A stretch of 63,671 bases of DNA, counting the filler, from Basidioascus undulatus (Eukaryota), in NCBI GenBank assembly GCA_000826855.1. It is 17 parts of 17 records of this genome, joined end to end, with 100 filler letters (N's around TTAATTAATTAA, not from the genome) between each part and the next. Parts side by side here need not be neighbours in the genome. Positions count along the whole stretch, not along the records: positions 53,629 to 56,066 come from JTLS01002764.1; positions 56,167 to 58,603 come from JTLS01002765.1; positions 58,704 to 61,137 come from JTLS01002766.1; positions 61,238 to 63,671 come from JTLS01002767.1; 13 more parts are not named here. One strand, written 5' to 3'. This document shows positions 54,443 to 63,671 of the stretch, in pieces. A program made the translations under genes and the position numbers. Every line of letters starts with the position of its first letter. The first letter of the stretch is position 1. The notes under the pieces were generated by a model, which was given only the letters and a program-made list of their open reading frames with translations, was not told the DNA's origin and did no database searches.

Positions 54443-54559
54443 AAGCCGCGCGATCCGGCTGCGCGTCTCTTAACCTCCTTCCACCATCTTCTCCTCTCTC
54501 GCCCGCACCTCGACCCACTCAACACACCCCTCTCCTATCACGTCCATCTCTCTTCAACA

Positions 54560-55217
<658 letters not shown>

Positions 55218-55671
55218 CGTGGACCGGCGGTCCGGCGTTGGGTTTGGCACTGCACATGTATTCGATGTACAACAGACATACTGCTCACTATCATCGTACT
55301 TTGTCTCCGCTTCGCGTGGCACCTTCGCTTGCTGGAGGGTAACTAAGTCAATAGATCGAAGCTATAAGCGCGCTGCGGTGGCTTCGTTACTCGCGTTACT
55401 CGAGAGTGAACGTCACGTGACAGGGAATGTACAAGTACATGGTGTCGAGCCGTTGTGGTCGTTTCAAACGTCCGAGCATTCGACCCGCAGACCTGCTTAA
55501 CACGCGTCGCGGTGACGACCCAATGCGGTCGTTCATTCTCTGGCTCCGCAGGCATATCAAGCGAAAATGGCGCTCAGTCTACCTTCGCATCTCCGTTCCC
55601 TTGACTGTAGGACCAACCACACGCAAACTCATAGCGAGCAGTATTGGTGCATGCAGCCAGTGATTGGTCGT

Positions 55672-56066
55672 CTAGTCGCTTTCATCCTCGCTCTCCTCCT
55701 CGCTATCCGAGGCCTCCAACAGTGCCTCAATAAACCTCCTGCTCTTCTCCCACAGATCGCGGTGCATAGAGCCCGCCTCGCCGCGCGCTTCGGGGGTCTT
55801 GTACCACTCGTAGATGGCCTCCTCCGTGGCAACATCGTGGTCGTAAAAGGACCGAAGGAGGGCGGGGAAAAGCGGGGTATGCGAGGGATGGGACACGCAG
55901 AAGTCCTGTAGTCGCAAGCGTCAAGGTCAGCGCTGCGAGGCTGCACGACAGTTACCACCTCACGTACCTGCAACAACGCGAGCGCCTCAACCTGGTCCTC
56001 GCCCGTCATCTGCTCAATAAGCTGCGCCCACTTGCCCATCACGCTCTCGACGTCATCCATGACCTC
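55672..56066 (-). CDS. GCD6: W2-domain C-terminus, probably eIF2B epsilon
   Basis: LLRSFYDHDVATEEAIYEWY...RFIEALLEASDSEEESEDESD* (aromatic/acidic boxes). Confidence 0.75.
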
Positions 56067-56790
56067 NNNNNNNNNNNNNNNNNNNNNNNNNNNNNNNNNN
56101 NNNNNNNNNNTTAATTAATTAANNNNNNNNNNNNNNNNNNNNNNNNNNNNNNNNNNNNNNNNNNNNAGTACTGGATGGACACCCAGTCTGGTGGAAAGTC
56201 TTCTAGTAAGGGCTGTCAATGAAAAGGCTTCTAGAGCGTAGGATCATCCAGGTGCGTCGAGTCCAACGGCCTTCTCTGGGCAAGCGTTGTGCGCTGCCGT
56301 TGTCGACAAAGGAACAGTCTCGTTCGAAAAAAAACCTTCGCACGCACACAGTCAAGATCCTTTACGAGATAGAAACAAATAACCATTCAGACAATAGGGT
56401 GTTTGTGGTATCGTTTTCAAACGCAGTAGTTACACAGTGCGCGAGACAGGCATGACGCATCCCAACAGGCACAGCGACGACTCACCGACAGCCTCGCAGA
56501 CGACGAGGTTAGGGTTACATAGGCCGAGAAAAAAACAGAACTCCTCCAAAGAGGAGGAGAAAAAGAAAACCGCCCCGTCGCCGCGAGGGCGGCCGGCGGG
56601 CGGGTGCCACCGCAACCTTACGCTCAGGCGGCTGGGTGTGCGAGGAACGCCGTAAGCGCGGCTCGCCCGGGGTGGCCAGCCGCCGGGGTCTCCGACGCGT
56701 GGGCGTTCTCAGAAAAAGATAAAGGGCGGACTCACCATGACGGCGAAGCGGGCTCTTCCCCGAGACCCGACAGTGCCCGGTGAAACGAGA

Positions 56791-57275
56791 TGTCCCAGAG
56801 GACAAGGATGGGCGCAGTGCGCCGCGCCCCGGAGGGCGTTAAGATCGAGATGTCCCGGAGGACAGAGAAAGGCAGCGCCGGAGCGCATCGTGAGGCAGGA
56901 ATGCGTCGGTACGTAAGAGAAAAGCAGCGCCGGAGCGCGTTTGTAAGACGGGGATGCGTCGGAACGCAAGAGGAAGCCGCGCCGGAGCGCTTTGTAAAAT
57001 AGAGATGCGTCGGAATGCAAAAGAGGGAGCGCCGGAGCGCTTGATAAGACGAGATGCGTCGGAACGCAAAAGGAAAGCGCGCCGGACCGCCTTTGTAAGA
57101 GAGATGCGTCGGAACGCAAGGGAAAGCAGCGCCGGAGCGCGTTCCTAAGACGGGGATGTGTCGGAAAACGAGAGCAGCGAGCGCCGGAGGGCGTTTGAAG
57201 GTCAGAAATGCGTCGGAACGCAAAGGTAGAGCAGCGCCGGAGCGCTTTCATAAGACGGCGATGTGTCGCAACACA
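56791..57275. repeat. Degenerate tandem array of ~50-53-bp units, each holding two mini inverted repeats around a CGGA core (19 hairpin units)
   Basis: GCGCCGGA starts at 56875, 56927, 56979, 57029, 57079, 57129, 57181 and 57234, alternating with TGCGT-CGGA-ACGCA-type units. Confidence 0.93.
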
Positions 57276-58337
57276 AGATGTCCCGCATCCATCTCGTCTC
57301 CAATCCCAGCCAGCGGACTCCAACGCTTACCGTGCTTCTCCCCTCTCCCTGCCGTGCCCTCTCGCGCCCAACCTCCGCCTCCCACTCAGTACCTTAGCAA
57401 ACCCCTGCGCAGCCCACGCTCCTCCCCGCCCCATAAGGCGTTCGATAAGAGACATACGAAAGCCCTCCGAGGGACTGAGAGGGCGGCGGCAGCGGACGGG
57501 CCGGACAGAAGGGAAGGGTTGGTTTGGCGGGTACGAGACGAATTCGAACATGGACCAAACTTGAACAGCCGGGTGTGAATGAGGGACTTGAAGACCGGAA
57601 GGCGGTCGATAAGGTGAATCGCAAGCGGTGATGGGCCGAGTGGTTGAAGCCTCGACGGCTTCGACGTGCCAGCAAGAGCCCCAGCGAGGAAGAGGCGACT
57701 GGCGAGAAGCTGGCGAGAAGACGCACGTACGACGACACGGGCCGTTCAGCGGCGCACCCGTCGTCAAGTCAAGAGAACGAGAGACCGAGCTTGAAATGAA
57801 GGAGATGTGTGAGGATCCCTTTCGGGGAGAATGATGATGGCAGGGAGAGGGAAGAGGAGGAGCGTCGTTGACCAGGGATGAACGTAGCACGGAAGACGCG
57901 GAACCGTCGGGCCGCCCGCCGCAGGTCAAGGCGGCTGAGCAGTTCGCTCGCCTAGATGTTACTGGTTGTCTTGGATGAGTAGTTGACTGCAGGAGAGGAT
58001 GCCTAGAAGGAGATGCTAGGTTTACAGTCGAGACTGAAGTCGAAAGTCGAGCACAATGCGCCTGAACATCGGTCAGGCCGCTGCGTCCTTCCGTCCTGAC
58101 TTCCATGAAAAATCAACCAAGCAGTTCCGATCGGGCGCACTGAGAAACCCACCGCGAAGGAAGGTCCTCTGCCTACAACACAAGACCCTCACTTCGCTCT
58201 CCGCCTTCTCGCTCGACCAACCGAGGCCAAGCACTGCCCCACAACCAAGCACTGCCCCACAACTTCCACAGCCGGCATTCCACATCCCACAACTCAGTCA
58301 AACACATACATCATCCGCGATCTACCCCCCACCGGGC

Positions 58338-58495
58338 TTAGTGCTTAAGCTCCACCCGCTTCCCAGGCGCCCACTCCCTAGCAGCCTCATCGATCTTCGT
58401 AAAGTACCGCAGCTTGATGGCCGCCGCTTTTGCCGCGTCGTAGTCTCCGGCGGAAAAGGCTGAGGAGAGGTCTGCGAGGGCCGCTTTGACGTTTT
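58338..58495 (-). CDS. JAC1: Fe-S cluster co-chaperone Jac1/HscB, last exon
   Basis: AFSAGDYDAAKAAAIKLRYFTKIDEAAREWAPGKRVELKH*. Confidence 0.8.
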
Positions 58496-58703
58496 CTGTG
58501 TCGGTGCGTTTATGTTGTGTGAGGGAAGGAAAGGGATGAAGGGAGGGGCAGGGGGGGGGGGGGCAGGTCTGTTTGGGTGTTGTACGGGATTGAGGATGTG
58601 TGGNNNNNNNNNNNNNNNNNNNNNNNNNNNNNNNNNNNNNNNNNNNNTTAATTAATTAANNNNNNNNNNNNNNNNNNNNNNNNNNNNNNNNNNNNNNNNN
58701 NNN

Positions 58704-61137
58704 CACCGCGCAAGCTTCCTCCCCTCGCTCCTCCCGCAGCTCACGGGCGAGGGCCTCAAGCGCTTCTCGCTCGCGTCCCTCGGGAGCTGGGGGTCCGGCG
58801 ATAGCGGTGGAGGAGGAGGAGGGGGGGAGACGTGGAAGGGCGCCGCGCCGACGGAGGGAGGGGGTGGGCGGACACGGACGGGGAGCGCGAATGGGAGTCC
58901 GGTGGCGCAGGGGGAACTTGTCCCCCAGTCTACTGGAGGAGGGTGGTCCAGCTGGTGGAGCGGCGCCGGCGCGGACGAGGTGGGCAAGGGGCCGGGGTGG
59001 TATGTTCAGGGTCTAAAGTCGGGGTGCGTTCCTCCCACTCCTCTCTCCTCCCTCCCTCGCTAACGCACTTTGGACGGGAAGGAAACCCACGGACGCTAAG
59101 TTCGCCAAGCACCTGATCGCCCTCCGCGTCACGCTCTCGACCGCCAAGCTGGCGTGGATCCGCTCGTTCCTCGAGGAGCACGCCGGGCTGGACGCGGTCG
59201 AGGAGCTCCTGGGGCGGGTGACCGTCCGGCGGAGCAGGGCCGCGCCTGCGCCGGGGGAGAACGAGGAGACGGTCCAGGTCGAGTGCGTCAAGTGCTTGCG
59301 GGTGCTGATGAACACGGAGGTACCTCTTCCTTTCCTCTCCCCTCCTCAGACCAGAAGATACTTATGATGGGGAACGTGGGGACAGCCCGGCTTCGACCGC
59401 GTCCTCCAGTCCCCGCTCCTCATCACCTACATCGCCTCCTTCCTCCGCTCGCCCAACGCCAAGCTCCGCGCCCAAGTCGCCGACCTCCTCGCGGCGCTGT
59501 GTGTGCTCAACCCCGCCGAGGGGCACGCGCGTGTGCTGGCTGCGCTGTCCGACTTCCGCGCGACCGGCGACGAGCTGTTCAGGTTCACGTACCTCGTCGA
59601 GAGCATTGGTTTGCCGGAGGAGGGCGTCGGAGAGGAGGATCCGGCCGTGTGGGAGTATCGCGCGGCGGGGATGGCGCTCGTTAATGCGATTACCAATGGG
59701 CCGGAGGATTTGGAGGAGAGGGTGCTGTTGAGGGACGAGTTTGGGAGGAGAGGGCTGAACGAGGTACGTCTGGTCCGGAGAGCCGTGTCTGTGCTAGCGG
59801 AAAGCTGACTCGCTTTGGTGGTGGTGCAGGTCATGACGGTACAACTGGATGCTTGATAGTAGACGACCAAGATAACGGCGCGTGGCTGACTCGCTACTCC
59901 TCGTCATGCCAGGCCCTCCGCTACGTCTCCCCGCCCGACTCGCTGCAGACGCAGCTGAACGTTTACGCCGAGGAGAAGCACGAGGACGCAGAAGAGATGC
60001 GCGAGCGCGCGCTCGGGCTGTACTCGGCGCACCACCATCACCACCACCACCATCACAACCAGCTGTCGGACATGTCGACCGAGTTTGGCGTCCAGGAGCT
60101 CGTCCACCTCGCCAAGGCCCATGGGGAAATGCACCCGCATCTGCTCGAGATAATGAAGCGCGTCGTGTTGCTGCTGAATCGGGACGATGTGGACGAGTGA
60201 GTTGGTGGCGGAGATTCGAGGGGAAGGGAGAGAGGGCGCGGATGCTGATGGGCGATGCGCTGGCTGGGTAGACCGGTCAAGGAGGACCTCCTCGTCGTGC
60301 TCGACAAGTTCCTCGAGCACGCAGCGCACATGGAGAACTTGTAAGTTATCCCCATCCTCATCCTCATCTCTCGTCCGTTCGGCTGAGCGCGTGGAACCAC
60401 GCCTTGAGCAGCGACGAGGGCTGGCGGCGTCGGCTGGCGGAGCACATCGTCGGGCAGCAGGCGCTCGCGCGCGGGGCGGAGACGATCCCGAACAGCTACG
60501 CAGAGGAGCTCGAGGAGCTACGGCTCAAGGTCGAGGAGCTCAGCGACGAGCGCACGGCACTCAAGGCCGAGCTCGACAACCAGGTCGCCGAGGCGATCAC
60601 GCTCCGCTCGTTGCCGCAGACGATCCCGCTCGGCAAAGAGGGGAACGCGGAGGTCAAGAAGGGCGAGGGGGAGGTGCGTGCTGGCTGTGCTGTTTCGCGG
60701 CCGGTGCATATGCTGATGCGCGAGTGGCGCTGGAGCAGGGCCAGAACTTCGCAGGCGTCATCCAACGCCTCGTGCAGAAGGAGAAGCAAGTGCTCCAGCT
60801 CCAGGCGGAGGTCGACAGGCTCTCGTCGTCCAAGCCGCTCGAGTCGGTGCGTTTTCAAGGCGCTAATTGACTTTCCGCAAGTTAGAAAGCCTGACGAGAT
60901 GATCTGTGTGTACGGCAGTCCGACCGCATCAAGCGGGAGCGTATGGAGCGCAACATCAAGTGGAACAACCTGACCGAGGAGATCAAGCAGCTGAAGAACA
61001 AGGTGCGTTGGCGATACGCCGTGCGAAAGGGGCATGGGCCTGTCCAGCTGACGTGGCTCGGCCGCGCAGAACGTCGCGACCCAGGAGGAGTCCGCAGCCA
61101 AGACGAAGGAGATCCAGTACCTCAAGCGCGCGCTCGA
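58704..61137 (+). CDS. Formin, internal fragment (GBD/FH3 and coiled coil)
   Basis: KHLIALRVTLSTAKLAWI, ECVKCLRVLMNTE, LVNAITNGPEDLEERVLLRDEFGRRGLNE. Confidence 0.9.
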
Positions 61138-61237
61138 NNNNNNNNNNNNNNNNNNNNNNNNNNNNNNNNNNNNNNNNNNNNTTAATTAATTAANNNNNNN
61201 NNNNNNNNNNNNNNNNNNNNNNNNNNNNNNNNNNNNN

Positions 61238-63671
61238 CACCGCGCTTAAGAACGCCGGCCAGACCTCGCCCGAGCCCAAGGCTGACGACGCCCAGATCAT
61301 CTACGTCTCGAAGCTCGCCGTCGAGCTCGTCAACGCTCGCGAGACCGAGCCGACCGAGTGGCAGTCCGCGCTCGGCAAGTTCGTCGCCCAGTACCTGAAC
61401 GCGACCGACGCCGAGTCCGTCAAGGCGCAGGCCCAGGCCGTCGTCAACGAGCTCCGCGAGAAGTCCGCGTCCGACGACGCCGAGGCTGCCGTCGTCTTCC
61501 CCGACGAGGAGGAGGGCGAGGACCTTTGCAACTGCACGTTCTCCCTCGCGTACGGTGCTAAGATTCTCCTCAACACCGCCACCCTCCGTCTCAAGCGTGG
61601 CCACCGCTACGGTCTCTGCGGTCGTAACGGTACCGGCAAGTCCACCCTCATGCGCGCCATCGTCAACGGGTTTGTCTTTTCTTTCTCGTCTTGGCTTTCT
61701 GCTCGCGTGCCTTGCTGATTTTGTCGTCGTTCCGCGTCCATAGACAGGTCGAGGGCTTCCCGTCGCCTGACGTTGTCCGCACGTTCTACGTCGAGCACGA
61801 CATCGACGGCTCCGAGGCCGAGACGTCCATCCTTGACTTCATCAAGTCTGACACGCGCGTCCAGGCGGACGAGGCCGAGATCCGCACGTCGCTCGCGTCC
61901 GTCGGCTTCTCCGAGGAGCGCCAGGGCTATCCGATCTCCTCCCTCTCCGGTGGCTGGAAGATGAAGCTCGCCCTCGCCCGCGCCATCCTCTTCAAGGCCG
62001 ACATTCTCCTCCTCGACGAGCCAACCAACCACCTCGACGTTCTCAACGTCCAGTGGCTCATCGACTAGTGCGTTCCTCTTTGTGTGATCGTGCTGTTTCT
62101 TGGATGGACGATGCTGACTTTGGCTTTGCGTGCGCTCCCAAAGCCTCACCTCGCTCACCCACTGCACGTCCATCATCGTCTCGCACGACTCGGACTTCCT
62201 GAACCGCACCGTCACCGACATCATCCACCTGAACCGGTTCAAGATCAAGCGCTACCCGGGCAACCTCGAGGAGTTCGTGAAGCACGTGCCGGAGGCCAAG
62301 TCGTACTACGAGCTCACGCCGGCCGAGGAGTACCAATTCAAGATCCCCGACCCGCCCATGCTCGACGGTGTGAAGACTAAGGAGAAGTCGCTCCTGAAGA
62401 TGCGCAAGGTCGGCTTCCAGTACCCGACCTCGCCCGTCCAGCAGCTCTACGACATCACCCTTCAAGTCTCGCTCTCCTCGCGTGTCGCTGTCCTCGGTCC
62501 CAACGGCGCCGGAAAGTCGACCCTCGTCAAGCTCCTCATCGGCGACAGCGAGCCCAACAAGGGCGGTGAGGTCTGGAAGCACCCTAACCTCGTCATTGGG
62601 TGCGTGTTCTTCCCCGCTATCGTTTGTTCTCCTTCCCGCAGAGCAGCCTGCTGATGAGCTAGCGCATCCGACCAGTTACGTCGCCCAGCACGCGTTCCAC
62701 CACATTGACCAGCACCTCGACAAGACCCCGCTCGAGTACATGCTCTGGCGCTACCAGACCGGTGAGGACCTCGAGGACATGCTCAAGGCCAACCGCCAGA
62801 TCACGTGCGTTCCCTTCTCTCGCCTGCCTTCCAGCCGCGCTTGGTCGCTGACGTGACTGCGATCTCCACAGCGAGGAGGAGGAGAAGAAGATGAAGGAGG
62901 GGGGTGTCGTCGTCATCGAGGGCGTCAAGCGTCTCGTATGTCCCTCATTTTATCGATCGGGAGACGAGAAGGCGGCGCTGATGGTGTCCTCGATTCGTCC
63001 TGCAGATCGACGAGATCGTCGCTCGTAAGAAGCTGAAGCAGTCTTACGAGTACGAGATCACCTTCAAGAACATGTACGTCTCCGCGGCTTTGTCTCGATC
63101 CATCAATCATGTCCGCTGACGCTACCTTCGTTGACAGGTCCTCGGCCGACAACCTTTGGATGTCTCGTGACGAGCTCATTAAGCGTGGTTTCGAGAAGAA
63201 GGTCCTCGAGCTCGACACCCGTGAGGCGCAGCGTCTCGGTATGATGCGCCCACTTGTCCGCAAGGAGATCGAGTCGCACTTTGCCGATTTCGGTCTGGAG
63301 GCCGAGTTCGTCACCCACAACACCATGCGCGGTCTCTCCGGTGGCCAGAAGGTCAAGGTCGTTCTCGGTGCCGCCACCTGGCGCAAGCCCCACATCATCT
63401 GCTGTGCGTCGACGTTTCCTTCCGCTTTATCTAACGTGCGTGGTAGCTGACGTCGTTGGGGTGCTGTTTGACAGTGGACGAGCCGACCAACTACCTCGAC
63501 CGCGAGTCGCTCGCCGCGCTCATCGAGGCGCTCAAGACCTTCGGCGGTGGTGTGCTTATCATCACGCACAACCGCGAGTTCTCCGAGTCGATCTGCACGG
63601 AAGTGTGGGCGATGCGTGACGGTCGCCTCGAGGCGTCCGGCCACAACTGGGTCGAGGGCCAGGGCTCTGGG
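61238..63671 (+). CDS. YEF3: Translation elongation factor 3 (ABC-F family), internal fragment
   Basis: [46 protein letters not shown], second ABC domain with insertion, [20 protein letters not shown]. Confidence 0.96.

Noticed and set aside
56480..56738. Reading M-PPERK-AVG as an Hsp70 N-terminus
   Set aside because: It needs a weak donor, and no IDLGTT exon is found in the remaining contig.
56791..57275. CRISPR array interpretation of the hairpin repeats
   Set aside because: The repeats are degenerate, the linkers are short and similar to each other rather than unique spacers, no cas genes are present, and the context is eukaryotic.
56709..57323. Overlapping 160-200 aa ORFs across the repeat array
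   Set aside because: The unit length varies from 50 to 53 bp, so the same peptides rotate through all frames; this is not coding-repeat behaviour.

Overview
This is eukaryotic fungal DNA, not a contiguous locus. It is intron-rich, with GTGCGT/GTGAGT donors and CTGAC branch points, and carries the fungal-type elongation factor eEF3. It is most likely a GC-rich basidiomycete; a Pucciniomycotina-type yeast is my inference. The window is 17 unrelated contigs joined by an artificial 100-bp linker (N44-TTAATTAATTAA-N44). Sixteen contigs are ~2.4 kb and nearly length-sorted; one is 23 kb (17853-40851). Gene adjacency across linkers is therefore meaningless. Most contigs carry partial housekeeping genes: Ede1, clathrin light chain, VAP/Scs2, a peroxisomal carrier, a BSD-family protein, a ChAP exomer subunit, Nas6, Nsl1, a Rho4-like GTPase, dephospho-CoA kinase, UCH37, SYF2, histone H2B, eIF2B-epsilon, Jac1, a formin and eEF3. 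One contig is a decayed Ty1/copia element with a half-tRNA primer-binding site. The 23-kb contig holds SDH1, a phosphate carrier, a NiCoT nickel permease, a divergent pair of pseudogenes (HOL1-like MFS and amidohydrolase-3), a Zn2Cys6 regulator and a GPI protein. The most unusual signal is a non-coding ~490-bp array (56791-57275) of 19 mini-hairpin units in ~51-bp double units. Most share a CGGA loop (UCCG on the minus strand), and the stems show compensatory changes. All gene calls come from my recognition of motifs, not database searches, and exon boundaries were read by eye.
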